From: Candidatus Hydrogenedentota bacterium | Lineage (GTDB): Bacteria; Hydrogenedentota; Hydrogenedentia; Hydrogenedentales; SLHB01 | Direction of reading: 5' to 3' | Length of the DNA: 64,000 bases | Assembly: GCA_963668025.2 (NCBI GenBank) | Contig: CAXXTH010000023.1 | Coordinates: forward strand, 386,225 to 450,224 | Part shown: positions 1 to 10,853 of the stretch, in pieces | How the letters are laid out: each line of letters starts with the position of its first letter | Position numbering within the stretch: position 1 is the first letter of the stretch | Program-made: the position numbers and the translations under genes | The notes under the pieces: generated by a model | What the model saw: the letters and a program-made list of their open reading frames with translations, nothing else | Told to the model about the DNA's origin: nothing | Databases searched by the model: none

Positions 1-86
1 AGTTCATGGTTTTTGCAGCCTGGTTTGCATTGCGGAAAAGCCCAAACGCGCGTAACCGCCGCATACAAAGTGTTTCGTTTTTTTAC

Positions 87-112
87 CGCGAATGGACGCG
101 AATGAACGCGAA
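87..112. repeat. Three CGCGAA units at 10-bp period
   Basis: ccgcgaatgg-acgcgaatga-acgcgaac in intergenic DNA. Confidence 0.6.
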
Positions 113-142
113 CATATCCTCTAAAATGTTTTTGCAACTCCC

Positions 143-166
143 GTGGCATGGGCGTCTCGCCCATGC
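143..166. repeat. REP-like palindrome, family A
   Basis: GTGGCATGGGCG-TCT-CGCCCATGC hairpin; related copies at 14105 and 33058. Confidence 0.75.
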
Positions 167-308
167 GAGAAAGGAGGGGGCGCATACAACGGACTCCTAC
201 AACAGCCCCCAAAAAGCATATCTCGTAACGATTTAATATGATTTTCATGCGGAATCTTCACAAGAAAACAACGTTTTACCAGCTAATTGAACATGCGCGG
301 CTCTTGCG

Positions 309-1079
309 TTATGGAGAGGAAGCCGGGCTTGTTTCTTCTGTTTTATCGATGACTTCCACTCCTGGCGGCGGCGAATATTGAAATTGGGTTTCCTCGATGG
401 GGGGATTCAACACAATGTGGTTGAATTTGAGCTCCATTAGCGGCTGGCCTTGCGCATTGAGCAAGGCCATGATAACAAGAATCGCCGTCTCACGATCAAA
501 ATAGAGGAGCATGCGTTCCGCTTCGGGCAACTCTTGACGACTGCCCGCGCGCGGCCTCCCCTCGATTACATAAGCGGCGCGTTCGCCCAGCATTTTATCT
601 GGAAGACGCTTCAAGTCATATTGCGCCTTCAGTTTTTTCAACTTCTCCGCACCGCCGCCCGGCGTGGAAGCCTCCTTCTCCGCTTTGCGCAAGGCGCGTG
701 TTTTCGTCACCTTGACGGTATTGCGCACATGGCTTTCCGTATAAGTGGACACGCCATCGGACACCGTCAGCACGCGGGTATCGACTTGCAGCAAATTCCA
801 CGGCCCGCCGCCCACCGTGCCCGACAGTTCACTGCGCTGGCGCGCGCGGCCTTCCTCGATCCGCTGGAAAAGCAGGGGCCCTTTCATGTCGCTCGTCATG
901 CGGACCCCCGAGCGCGTGATGTCCAAATGCATCTGCATTTCCGCCGAGTAGGCCCCGAGCTGTTCCCATCGGGCCTCGAGTTCCTTTTCAAAGGCGTCGA
1001 GATTCTCATCTTGTCCATGGGCTAAGAATGGAATAAGCAGCCCGAACGCCATTGCTTGTGCGGCACGCGCCTGGTGCAT
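309..1079 (-). CDS. LolA-like periplasmic lipoprotein carrier / DUF2092-like protein
   Basis: AGGAGG RBS before ATG 1079; signal peptide; C-terminal 'LNPPIEETQFQYSPPPGVEVID' typical of the LolA fold. Confidence 0.65.
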   Translation of the reverse strand: MHQARAAQAMAFGLLIPFLAHGQDENLDAFEKELEARWEQLGAYSAEMQMHLDITRSGVRMTSDMKGPLLFQRIEEGRARQRSELSGTVGGGPWNLLQVDTRVLTVSDGVSTYTESHVRNTVKVTKTRALRKAEKEASTPGGGAEKLKKLKAQYDLKRLPDKMLGERAAYVIEGRPRAGSRQELPEAERMLLYFDRETAILVIMALLNAQGQPLMELKFNHIVLNPPIEETQFQYSPPPGVEVIDKTEETSPASSP

Positions 1080-1283
1080 TTGCGCCTCCTTTCCAGCTTC
1101 TTTTTGTATAAATAGAAGCTCTTCATGCGGATATATTTTATGACAGTATATACCCAATCCAGATTGGCAAATGGGCTCGCGCCGTTTTTTCATTGCGAAC
1201 AAGATACTTATCCTTGCGGTTAAAGCAAAAATAAAATAATATATAACTCTAAATAGGTGAAATATTGACATGAGGGACTCGGC

Positions 1284-2870
1284 ATGCCGGTTTGTTTGTG
1301 GACGTTCATGATTGCTGCCGCCACCTTAGGAGCAGTGAATCCGGTTTACTCGCCAGCATGCGATGCATATGGCTATTGTGAGCCGCCATATCAGCTAGAC
1401 AGTGGGCCACACCTCTTTATTGATTGGCGTTATGTGAATGCTGGAAGAGTGCAATGGATGACGCGAGATGGCAGGGACGCTGACGCATTTGACAATATTG
1501 ACCCCGCCAGTGTGGTTGGAGCCAATGATTGCTTGCCGATGGGCATCCGGCTCGAAGCGCAGCCTGCCGTGAAGATAGGCCCGATTATCTCCACAGATAA
1601 GCCATGGGAGGGCGTCTTCAGTTGTTCCTCTTTGCTCCATGACAAAGGTACATTTCGGCTTTGGTATGAGGTGAAGCCGGTTAAAAATACGGCGGCCGAG
1701 GGCGATAGCCCGTATTATACGTACGTGATTTGTTATGCCGAATCAGACGACGGGCTGAATTGGAAGAAGCCTTCCCTTGGCCGGTATGAATGGGAAGGCA
1801 GTAAGGATAATAATATTGTTTTTGGCGGCTTGATGACGCCAATGGGCATCAATGGATTCTCCATATTCGTTGATCCAAAAGCGGCGGCTGATGAACTATA
1901 CAAGATCATCTTTACTTCGAAAACAAACAAAGAAACCCTGGAACACTACCAGCAAAAGTATCCAGCATCCGTGACTTCTATTGGAGCTGGAAGGCATGGT
2001 GCTGTGTATGGAGCGGTTTCCCCAGATGGATTACAGTGGAAGCTCATCGAAGAGCCGCTCCTGATTCACTTGAGCGACACGCAATCCATCGCCTATTTTG
2101 ACGAAATTTTGAATAGATATGTGGGGTACTTCCGGACATTTGTCATGGGCCGGAGGGCTATTTGCCGCGCGGAAACAGATGACTTTTATCATTGGCCTTC
2201 GCCCGAGCTGCTCCTGTGGAGTGAACCGGGCGAGGATTCATCCTCGGATTATTACATGAACAGCAAGTCGCTATATCCAGGAACCCGCACCATGCACCTC
2301 ATGTTTCCCGCGGTATACGAGCGGCGATATGATTCGATTTCGTTGCGCATGGCTGCGAGCCTTACCGGGCGTGAATGGCAGTGGCTGCCTGGGGGATATG
2401 TGTTGCAGCCGGGGCCATCGGGAAGCTGGGACGCTGGGCTTATATCAGGAGGCTGTGGGCTCGAGGAAATCCCGGATGGCCGCACCGTGCTGCCTTTTAC
2501 CGGTTATCAATTGCCGCATAAATTCCCACGTTCCGTACCGGTAGGGGCAATCGGCCTCGCCTCATGGAAAAAAGAACGCTTAGTGGCCTTGTGCGCGGAT
2601 GAGATGGGGGAGTTCTACACCATCCCTCTTGCGCCCAAGGGCCGCCGCTTGTTTCTGAACTACGAAACGCGGGGAACAGGCTGGATCAAAGCGGGCGTGG
2701 TGGGAAGCAACACCCAGAGTGTCGCCAATTGCGACCGGCTGGCGGGTGATGCAGTGAAAGCGCCCGTGACATGGCAAGGCCAGGATGCTATCGAGCTGGA
2801 TGAAGATGGCGCCGTGGCGCTCCACGTTCAGATGTGCGCCGCCAAGCTGTATAGTTTCGAGTTTCGTTGA
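1284..2870 (+). CDS. Secreted five-bladed beta-propeller glycosidase-like protein
   Basis: 'YAESDDGLNWKKP' and 'AVSPDGLQW' Asp-box-like repeats; C-terminal 'KLYSFEF' beta domain. Confidence 0.7.
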   Translation: MPVCLWTFMIAAATLGAVNPVYSPACDAYGYCEPPYQLDSGPHLFIDWRYVNAGRVQWMTRDGRDADAFDNIDPASVVGANDCLPMGIRLEAQPAVKIGPIISTDKPWEGVFSCSSLLHDKGTFRLWYEVKPVKNTAAEGDSPYYTYVICYAESDDGLNWKKPSLGRYEWEGSKDNNIVFGGLMTPMGINGFSIFVDPKAAADELYKIIFTSKTNKETLEHYQQKYPASVTSIGAGRHGAVYGAVSPDGLQWKLIEEPLLIHLSDTQSIAYFDEILNRYVGYFRTFVMGRRAICRAETDDFYHWPSPELLLWSEPGEDSSSDYYMNSKSLYPGTRTMHLMFPAVYERRYDSISLRMAASLTGREWQWLPGGYVLQPGPSGSWDAGLISGGCGLEEIPDGRTVLPFTGYQLPHKFPRSVPVGAIGLASWKKERLVALCADEMGEFYTIPLAPKGRRLFLNYETRGTGWIKAGVVGSNTQSVANCDRLAGDAVKAPVTWQGQDAIELDEDGAVALHVQMCAAKLYSFEFR

Positions 2871-2929
2871 GCTTCGCGCTCAAGCATTTCGCTGGCGAAA
2901 CACATACAGTCCAAGGACGCGGCGTTTCC

Positions 2930-4051
2930 CTAAACCTGCGGCGCACCTCGATGTTTGAGTTCATGGACGGCGGCTTTCACGTCCTGCGCACGGTCTTTGG
3001 GGAGAACCAACACGGCGTCGCCGGTGGCCACCACAATCACATCCGACATGCCGATGACGCTGACAGCCATCTTTTTCGGCCCTGGTTCGTTATATATGAT
3101 GCAATTCGAGCAATCTATCGCTACCGGCTCGCCGAAGAGGACATTCCCTTGTGCGTCTCCCTCGAACGTGCGCTCTAGGGCAGGCCATGCGCCTACATCA
3201 TCCCATGGGAAATCGGCCCGAACCATTATGACGCGCTGGGCGTGTTCGAGAAGCGCATAATCGATGGAGATATCTTCGAGCGCTTCAAAAATCGCATTCA
3301 CCCGTTCGTTGCAGCCCGCGCGCAGCGCCTGCGCCAAATCTTCGACAGCGCGAGCCAGAGAAGGCCGTGCGATGCGTAATTCATTTAGAAATACGCTCAC
3401 CCGCCAGAAAAACATTCCGCTGTTCCAATAATACGAACCTGCCGCTAGAAATGTTTCCGCCGTGCCTCGATTGGGTTTTTCATGGTAAGCATGGACCGCA
3501 TACGCGGGGACATCGGCTTCACCGCCTGCGATGGCCAGCGGCCCGCCCATGGCCTGGATATACCCATAACCGGTCTCGGGGCGGTCTGGCACGATGCCCA
3601 GGACCACCAGCGCATCTTGCTCTTCCGCCGCCGCCAAAGCCGTGCGGGCTACGGCTTGGAACCGCGCGGCATCTCCGATGCGGTGGTCCGCGGTGGTTAC
3701 GGCCAGCAGCAGATCCGAACCGTCGGAATCATGCGTGGCCATGGCATACGCCGCGGTATACGCGAGCGCACCGGACGTGTTGCGTTTGCACGGTTCCGCG
3801 ATGACATGCTCCGAGGGAATGCCCAGCGAGGCCTTTTGTATGGCTTCCACGAGCGGTTTGCCCGTCACCACATAGACATGCCCGCCATCCACCACGCCTT
3901 TCAGGAGGCCCACGGATTGTTCGAGCATGGACACATGGGGATTAGCCAGCCGCAGCAGTTGCTTAGGCCGTTCCATGCGTGACAAGGGCCAGAACCGTTC
4001 GCCCGTGCCGCCCGCCAGAATAATGCCGATTCGTGTGCAAGACGGATTCAT
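2930..4051 (-). CDS. manC: Mannose-1-phosphate guanylyltransferase
   Basis: ILAGGTGERFWPLSR..PKQ, ETGYGYI, WNSGMF and WDDVG motifs; AGGAGG RBS before ATG 4051. Confidence 0.9.
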   Translation of the reverse strand: MNPSCTRIGIILAGGTGERFWPLSRMERPKQLLRLANPHVSMLEQSVGLLKGVVDGGHVYVVTGKPLVEAIQKASLGIPSEHVIAEPCKRNTSGALAYTAAYAMATHDSDGSDLLLAVTTADHRIGDAARFQAVARTALAAAEEQDALVVLGIVPDRPETGYGYIQAMGGPLAIAGGEADVPAYAVHAYHEKPNRGTAETFLAAGSYYWNSGMFFWRVSVFLNELRIARPSLARAVEDLAQALRAGCNERVNAIFEALEDISIDYALLEHAQRVIMVRADFPWDDVGAWPALERTFEGDAQGNVLFGEPVAIDCSNCIIYNEPGPKKMAVSVIGMSDVIVVATGDAVLVLPKDRAQDVKAAVHELKHRGAPQV

Positions 4052-4319
4052 ACATCGGCCTCCTTTTTCGCATGATGAGAAAAGTGTCGTATTGATCTCG
4101 ATTAATACCAGCTTTATGAATAAACCGCAAGAATAAAGGATTGGAGCTATTTGATGTGAATTGGTTTTCATGGCAATTTCTCTTGACGCAATGGTGTTTT
4201 CCTCAAAAGTGATACAGAATTGTTTTTGAGATTTGAATAGTAAATGAAGTGTTTCTATTCACATCAGTATGAAAATCCAGCTAAAAGCTTTTGATGGCGG
4301 CCTGCACAGGAGGACACAC

Positions 4320-4913
4320 ATGGGTATCGGCCAATCGGATAATCCAAGCGGCTTGTTTCATATCTGGTTCAATGAGGCCAAGGCGCACCCAGGCATTCAG
4401 GATGCCACAGCCATGGCCCTCGCTACGGCGGACGAGTCGGGCGCGCCAAATGTGCGCATAGTGCTGCTCAAGGAAGCGGATGAACGCGGTTTTGTCTTTT
4501 TTACCAACATCGAGAGCATCAAAGGCCGGGAACTCGAGGCGAATCCCCGCGCGGCGCTCTGTTTTTATTGGGCTCCCCTCGGACGCCAAGTACGTGTGCG
4601 CGGGCCGGTGGCTCCAGTCGACGCCGCAAAAGCCGACGCCTATTTCGCCAGCCGCGAACGCCAATCCTGTGTCGGCGCGTGGGCGTCAAAGCAGTCGCGT
4701 CCCCTTGTAAAAGGGCTCGAACTTGAGACGCGCGTGGCGGCGTATGCCGCCCGGTTCGGCATAGGGCCAATACCGCGTCCTGCGTTCTGGTCGGGATTCT
4801 GCTTGTCTCCTGAAACCATCGAATTTTGGCAAGAAGGCAAAAACCGTTTGCACGAGCGCCTGCTCTATTCGCGAACAAACAACGCCTGGGCGGCGAAGCG
4901 CTTATATCCTTGA
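4320..4913 (+). CDS. pdxH: Pyridoxamine 5'-phosphate oxidase
   Basis: RIVLLK, FFTN.ES.KG, EFWQ...RLHER and C-terminal RLYP; AGGAGG RBS. Confidence 0.95.
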   Translation: MGIGQSDNPSGLFHIWFNEAKAHPGIQDATAMALATADESGAPNVRIVLLKEADERGFVFFTNIESIKGRELEANPRAALCFYWAPLGRQVRVRGPVAPVDAAKADAYFASRERQSCVGAWASKQSRPLVKGLELETRVAAYAARFGIGPIPRPAFWSGFCLSPETIEFWQEGKNRLHERLLYSRTNNAWAAKRLYP

Positions 4914-5199
4914 ATGAGACAAAAGTGTCCTGCACAACTCTGTGCAATACGCAAACAAAAAGAGGTTTTCGGGAGTTGTTTTGATCTCGGATGAACGATC
5001 TTTCGGATGAAAGACTATACGCCAAGTTGCGCCCCATCTTCGTTAACTGGGCAGGATATGTGGGATTTACCTTCTATTTTTCGCGCATTTCACCTATTTC
5101 GAGATCGGAGGTTAGTTTTTCTTCCTGATAATGGCCTGTTTTGGCGCAACTCTTGCTCTCCTTTTTTCGTATTCGTGTTTTGTGAACAGCGGTGATGCG

Positions 5200-5577
5200 A
5201 TGGCGCAAATTGTAGTGATAGAAGACGAGCCGGTTTTGCGGCTCACCTTCCGGCATATTCTCGAGTCGGCGGGGCATTGTGTCTGGGATGCGGGTAATGG
5301 GCGGGACGGCATTGCGCAGTGTCGTGAACACCGGCCTGATCTCGTGATTACCGATGTGATTATGCCCGAATTATCTGGAAATGAAGCGGTGGCCATTCTA
5401 CAAGAAGAGTTTCCTAATATGCCGGTGATCGCCATGTCCGGCCTGCCTGTGCGGACTCCCGTTGGCCGTAAAGGCTTCTGCTTTGTCCTGAAGCCTATCG
5501 CTCCGGCCTCCTTGCTCGGCTTAGTGCGGAGCATGCTCTCTCCCAACGCCAATCATTCCACTCCCGCCGCACAATAA
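5200..5577 (+). CDS. Single-domain response regulator (receiver)
   Basis: IEDE, DLVITDVIMP, IAMSG and LKP receiver motifs. Confidence 0.9.
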   Translation: MAQIVVIEDEPVLRLTFRHILESAGHCVWDAGNGRDGIAQCREHRPDLVITDVIMPELSGNEAVAILQEEFPNMPVIAMSGLPVRTPVGRKGFCFVLKPIAPASLLGLVRSMLSPNANHSTPAAQ

Positions 5578-5712
5578 TCCTTTTCTGTTGCATATCAAAT
5601 AAAAAAATAACCCAAAAAGCATCAAAAAAGGGGAAGGAGATGCGCATACTCGGTGTTTACATAATAATATGCGGTCTCAGCCGCATATAACAAAACCAAC
5701 AACCCATAGGGA

Positions 5713-5925
5713 ATGACGGATATGTTTCACTCGACAGACAGCTTTTTCGCGAACTACGTGATGGCGATAAACCTTTCGGCGCAAAACCTCCAGAATTTGG
5801 CGGAGCTTAGCCCGGAATACCTGAATGAGCAAAACACCCGCAAATCGCGGGGCGGATTGCGCGACAGGCGGCCTTCGCTGTTCACGAGGCTCAAACAATT
5901 CATCCTTGGGATAGGCCATCGGTAA
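5713..5925 (+). CDS. Small hypothetical protein
   Basis: 70-aa ORF filling an intergenic gap with a weak RBS; no family recognised. Confidence 0.35.
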   Translation: MTDMFHSTDSFFANYVMAINLSAQNLQNLAELSPEYLNEQNTRKSRGGLRDRRPSLFTRLKQFILGIGHR

Positions 5926-5939
5926 CGGCCTTCCTGGGC

Positions 5940-6359
5940 TTACAGGTCAAGGATGAGTTCCGCGCGGTATATGCCATTCTCCAAGGTGACGTCAAGGCCG
6001 TGATACGTGGCGGCTTTCACTTCAGCGGCCCGTTCCTCGGGGAGGTAGGTATATCCGGTAAGAGTAGCGCGTATGCCCGATGCATCCGCTTGGTGGAAGT
6101 TGAATAAGACTCCCACGAAATATTTGACTTCCATCAAATAAATGATCTCTTGCAGCCAGCGGACCAGGGCCTCGCCTGGTTCGCTGGCGGAAGGATCATA
6201 TTCCAATGAAATGGCTTGTTCCCGGTCGAAACGCGTTTGGGTCGAGCGAAGCGCCACGGCGTATAACGCCTGCGCGGCGGATTCCAGCAGTTCTTCGAAC
6301 GAGCCGCCGTGGCATTCCACCCGCACATCAGCCGTGTGCTCTAGAAAGCGAAATGGCAT
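5940..6359 (-). CDS. Archease
   Basis: FLEHTADV, EVKAATYH and C-terminal LDL signatures. Confidence 0.92.
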   Translation of the reverse strand: MPFRFLEHTADVRVECHGGSFEELLESAAQALYAVALRSTQTRFDREQAISLEYDPSASEPGEALVRWLQEIIYLMEVKYFVGVLFNFHQADASGIRATLTGYTYLPEERAAEVKAATYHGLDVTLENGIYRAELILDL

Positions 6360-6411
6360 GCAATTGCCCTCGCTGCCGTATTTCCTTGCCGTTTGAACAG
6401 GCAATCAGGTC

Positions 6412-8517
6412 TTACACGCTTTGCCTTAGCGCCGTGAAGATAAACCGGACCGCCAGCAAAAACTCGACCATCACCATGCGCGGTATGAGCAGCAAGCTGC
6501 GGCCAACCGCCCGGCCAGAGCGGAGCCATTCCAAAAGCTCCTGGCGGTATTGGTTAAATTTCCGGCGCTTGGCCACATACCGGATCGCCAGTTCTTCATA
6601 ACCCGCTACGATGTTTTGGGAAATATAGTCATGGGCTTTGGCGATGCTGGCCCGCGTCGGAACTTGCTTCTCAAATGACTTCAGGTACGCCTCGGCGTCC
6701 TGCGCCATTCCGCGCAGTTTGCGGCTGGTCCGCCCGCCAATATCTTTTCCGCTGCCTGCAAGGGTTTGAAGCTTATTGGAAGCGGCGCTGAGCATGGTAT
6801 GCATTTCTTGCGCCGCGACATCACAACGCCCCGCGATGCTGCTCTGCGAGATACGCAACTGCATCTCGGCCCACTGCATGCGCAATTCCGCCAACGTGGC
6901 CCAGCGCGGATCGTCGGGTTTGCGGCTCAGCATCCAAATCTCTTGAAACTCGATGAATAATTGGGCATACACCTTCGCGCCCCACCATACATCCCCCAAG
7001 CGCCGCCATGCATACCGCCACACGCTTTCGCGCGGGAAAATCGGGCGGCGGGATTTGCGGTCTTTCAAACGGAACAAGCCCGTGCCCATGGGATGGGTAT
7101 GCACGAACACCGTGGCCCAGCGATACCACAAACTGGTCCAGAACAGCCCCCAATATTCGCTGCGCGGGGCCCGTATGAGTATGTGCAGGATGTGCTCTTT
7201 GCTGTAAAAAGCGTTCCACGCCTCGTAATAGGCGGCGCGCCATTCGCCCGGCTTAAAATTCGGATGCCGGAAGGTCTCGTGGTTGCTGTCGAGGTTATTC
7301 AGATCGGCGTCTATGGGAATCCCGTTCTGCACCATATTCCGGTGATCTTCCGAACCAGGCAGGGGCGTCAGCATGAAAAACGACGCTTCATCCACCAGCA
7401 CATGGTTGCGCAAGGTCTCGACATCCTCGCGGATGGATTCCGTCGTATCGTGGGGCAGGCCGATGATATATCCCACGTGGACACGGACATGGGCGTCATG
7501 CCACGTCTGGACCATCTTTGCGTAGGTCTCGGTATCGTTTTGGTTTTTTCCGGTGGCCTCGACATTTTTCGGATTCACGGTCTCCATGCCGACGAACACC
7601 ATGTGGCAGCCCGCAGCCTGGGCTTTATCGACAAAATTCGGGATGCGGTACGCCTGGGTGTCCACCTGCATCATGAACACGATCTTCTTGCCGCGCTCCG
7701 CCATCTCCTTAAGCCCGTCAAACACCTCTTCCCACACATGGGAACGGGAGAGGTTGTCATCGGTGAAGAAATAATCACGCACTCCCGCGTCCCAGTTCTC
7801 TTCGATGCTCTTTAAAATCGCATCCGCCGAGCGGCACCGCATGCGCTTGCCCTGTACATTAATGATGGTGCAAAACGAGCAGCGGAAGGGGCATCCCCGG
7901 CTGGTGTCGAGGGTCGCCAAACCAGGCAGTAGAAACTTCTTCAGATAGTTCGGATCGGGCTTGGGCACCATGGCTTTCGCCAGATCGGGCCATTCCGTGA
8001 TGTTGTATATAGGCTTCAATTCCAGGGCGACGGCGTCACGCAGGATGGACGCCATGACGCCCGGCCCCTCGACTTCGCCCTTCACGAGGGTGACGCCCTG
8101 ATCCAGGAGGCGTTGCAGATCGAGCGAAGGCTCGTCAAACATGGCCAGCATGCCGCTGACATGGAAGCCGCCAATCATGACCGGCACGCCTGCGGCGCGC
8201 AATTCCAGGGCAAGGTCGCTCGCCCGCATAAACTGGTTGCTCTGTACGCCGACGAATCCCACGAGCACTTGCGCTTTGCCGCGCTTATGCATGCGGATGA
8301 TGCGCTTAATAGGCGGCCGCTCGACACAATCGTCGTACGTGGTGACGTTGACCTCGACATCCTCGCCCAATTCGCCATTAGCCGCTACGCTCTGCGTAAT
8401 ACTGCGCAGGCACGACAACGAATTCGATGGCACTACGCCGCGCCAATACCGATGGACGTATCCATCGTCGTCATAGCGGGCCGGTGCGATATATATCACT
8501 TCAAGCTTGCGCTTCAT
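6412..8517 (-). CDS. Radical SAM protein with N-terminal B12-binding-like domain and helical C-terminal extension
   Basis: SRGCPFRCSFC (CxxxCxxC), TDDN, TPLPGS and IGGFHVS. Confidence 0.85.
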   Translation of the reverse strand: MKRKLEVIYIAPARYDDDGYVHRYWRGVVPSNSLSCLRSITQSVAANGELGEDVEVNVTTYDDCVERPPIKRIIRMHKRGKAQVLVGFVGVQSNQFMRASDLALELRAAGVPVMIGGFHVSGMLAMFDEPSLDLQRLLDQGVTLVKGEVEGPGVMASILRDAVALELKPIYNITEWPDLAKAMVPKPDPNYLKKFLLPGLATLDTSRGCPFRCSFCTIINVQGKRMRCRSADAILKSIEENWDAGVRDYFFTDDNLSRSHVWEEVFDGLKEMAERGKKIVFMMQVDTQAYRIPNFVDKAQAAGCHMVFVGMETVNPKNVEATGKNQNDTETYAKMVQTWHDAHVRVHVGYIIGLPHDTTESIREDVETLRNHVLVDEASFFMLTPLPGSEDHRNMVQNGIPIDADLNNLDSNHETFRHPNFKPGEWRAAYYEAWNAFYSKEHILHILIRAPRSEYWGLFWTSLWYRWATVFVHTHPMGTGLFRLKDRKSRRPIFPRESVWRYAWRRLGDVWWGAKVYAQLFIEFQEIWMLSRKPDDPRWATLAELRMQWAEMQLRISQSSIAGRCDVAAQEMHTMLSAASNKLQTLAGSGKDIGGRTSRKLRGMAQDAEAYLKSFEKQVPTRASIAKAHDYISQNIVAGYEELAIRYVAKRRKFNQYRQELLEWLRSGRAVGRSLLLIPRMVMVEFLLAVRFIFTALRQSV

Positions 8518-8709
8518 AAACCATTTTCCTTTCAAGATTACTCGCTCGGCAGTATATCATGCCGCCCATAGCCCATGCACATTTGCAGAATTCATACTTG
8601 AATTACGGAAACTGTTCCATATGCATGTCCAATCAACGACAGGTTCCCGGTTTCCGGGTTTGCAGGCGGCTGGAAGTGTTAATACCTCATAGCGGCTCTT
8701 TTGTTGCAC

Positions 8710-10620
8710 CTAATGTAGAAAAAGGCTTGCTTCACGTGGAAGCCAGATGCGGATAGCTGGCCGGTTTTCCGCGATGCTCGGCGTTTCTGGGCCAGGCTGG
8801 AAGGCGCTCCATTGGCCCGCATTCCATGAGATGGAGGCTATTGGCGGGGCATTGTCCGCATAGGCCAAATGGAACGCCCATACCGCGCCTTCTCTTGCCT
8901 CCCGCCAATATGGGTGCGCCTCACGTGCGTCCGTTGAATTCTGGACTTCAACGGCGCATTGTTCGGCATGCTGCGGTGTCGCGGCAACCAGTTGAAGCGT
9001 CTCGCCATAGGGATTGCTGGCAGCCAGAACAAGCGGAAGCGCTTCATCCGGAAATGCCTCGGGCGAGGGAGAGAAGACAGCGCCGCATTGGCGCAACAGG
9101 GACACAAGCTCTCCCGCTGGCTGCGCCGCCAAGCGTGGTTCCAGGCCAATCCCGCCCAGTAGAAAATCCAGCGCTTTCGCCAGTGGGCGGGAATCCATGG
9201 CGGTTTTCATTCCCGGTTCGGCCGTTTGGCGCAGTTGCAGGAATCCATATGCGGCGTCTGGCCCATTTTGAACCGCCAGCAACTGGGTGTAGTCCAATAG
9301 CGAAACCTGCTCCGGTGCGCGCGATATGCGATCCCGCAGCTCTTGAAGGAGGGCGGTCCATTGGATGCGGGTAATGGGAACGAGTGGCGGTGATGCGGAC
9401 GGGCGGGACGCCAGGAGCCCTTCATGAACAGCGGCGTTTATTTGTGCTTGCGCGAGGGCTGCCCGGGCGCGCCATATATGCGTGCCTCTTTCGCCCGGAA
9501 GCCGTTTTTCCATGAAATCCATGCGCTGTTCCAGGCGTTCAAAGTGTTTTTCCCGGATGTCGCGCGCCGCCATGGCGGGATAGTTCCTCGGATCCAGGCG
9601 ATTACGGGGATAGACCTGGCGTACATTGAGCACGGCAAAAAACACTCCAAGTAGAATGATGGCGGCTATGGCGGCGGCGGCTTGAGAGCGGGTGAAAACA
9701 GGCCTGGGCGCGCCAGCCCGTTGCGGGCAAGCGGCCCCAGCGGCGATGCCTGCCAGGAAAGCGAGTTCCAGCTTTCCTTCCAAAGGCGTGAGCATGGCGA
9801 AAAGAAGGGCCATCCCCACACCGGCGGCATAAAGGTGTAATTCCGGTTCGCGCCGCTCGAAACCGCGCACGGCCAATTTGGCGGCAAGCCGGCATAGGAG
9901 CCAGGTGATCAATAGCAGCGCCAGCACTTCTGCCGTAGGGAGATCTCCCCAGCCTCGCGGCCGCCATTCTTCCATGTGGGCGATAGTGGCGTATGCAACC
10001 AGAAGCAGCGTGGTAAAAATGGGTATGGCGCATAGAATACCTGCGGGATGAACTGGCAAGCCTTTCCAAAACTTCCAGCACGGCCACAATGCCGCCAGCA
10101 GGCAGAATGAAAGCATTAATACGCCATCGGACATGGCATAGGGTCCATACAAGACCGCACCGGTGGTAGGCGAATACGCAGTGGGCAGGGTGCTCCCGCA
10201 AAGGAATGGCATACAGCTTGAGATGGCGCTTGCGGCGGCCATGGCGGCCAGGCAAAGGCTTGCGGGAGAGAATCCGCCAGGCCAGGGGCAGCCATTGGGT
10301 TTCCATCGAGGGCCCCGGGCAGTGAGGTGCCCCGCGGTAAGATAAGCGGCCAGAAAGACCATGGGTTCAAAACGCGATTCGGGAGTAGCGCCAAACGTGC
10401 CGAACAGCGCCGCGCCGCAAGCGGGCCATACCAGCTCGAACGGCAGGCGCAACGGTGAAAAATCCAAAATAAACGCCAATGCCAGGACGGCCATTAAAAG
10501 CACGCGAAAATCGAATCCTCCCAGCAGCGGGAAATAGATATAAACGGATAGCGGCAGCGCCGCGGCCATGCCCGCGATGGCGCTCCAGGATAGCAGGGAA
10601 AGAGGGCGCTTGCTTTTCAT
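8710..10620 (-). CDS. Polytopic membrane protein with soluble C-terminal region
   Basis: Many hydrophobic segments in the first ~330 aa; no family recognised. Confidence 0.6.
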   Translation of the reverse strand: MKSKRPLSLLSWSAIAGMAAALPLSVYIYFPLLGGFDFRVLLMAVLALAFILDFSPLRLPFELVWPACGAALFGTFGATPESRFEPMVFLAAYLTAGHLTARGPRWKPNGCPWPGGFSPASLCLAAMAAASAISSCMPFLCGSTLPTAYSPTTGAVLYGPYAMSDGVLMLSFCLLAALWPCWKFWKGLPVHPAGILCAIPIFTTLLLVAYATIAHMEEWRPRGWGDLPTAEVLALLLITWLLCRLAAKLAVRGFERREPELHLYAAGVGMALLFAMLTPLEGKLELAFLAGIAAGAACPQRAGAPRPVFTRSQAAAAIAAIILLGVFFAVLNVRQVYPRNRLDPRNYPAMAARDIREKHFERLEQRMDFMEKRLPGERGTHIWRARAALAQAQINAAVHEGLLASRPSASPPLVPITRIQWTALLQELRDRISRAPEQVSLLDYTQLLAVQNGPDAAYGFLQLRQTAEPGMKTAMDSRPLAKALDFLLGGIGLEPRLAAQPAGELVSLLRQCGAVFSPSPEAFPDEALPLVLAASNPYGETLQLVAATPQHAEQCAVEVQNSTDAREAHPYWREAREGAVWAFHLAYADNAPPIASISWNAGQWSAFQPGPETPSIAENRPAIRIWLPREASLFLH

Positions 10621-10820
10621 GGCTGGCCATCGGCCTCGTTGGGGCTTGTAACGGCAATGGGATGGCGGTCTTTTGAAGGCGCTTGCGGATGCATGCGGCC
10701 TGCCGCTAAGTGCGCCAGCGCAAAGAAAACCAATACGGCCGCTAACAATACAAAGGCCACCCTCCGTTCAAGCCGCATTCGTTGCACGGCGTCCCGCATA
10801 TAAGCTCCTGTATGTTCCAA
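10617..10820 (-). CDS. Small single-TM protein
   Basis: One hydrophobic helix; ATGA overlap with the next gene. Confidence 0.45.
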   Translation of the reverse strand: MEHTGAYMRDAVQRMRLERRVAFVLLAAVLVFFALAHLAAGRMHPQAPSKDRHPIAVTSPNEADGQP

Positions 10821-10853
10821 AGATTGCGATTTACGTGCTTCGTTTGGCTTCGT

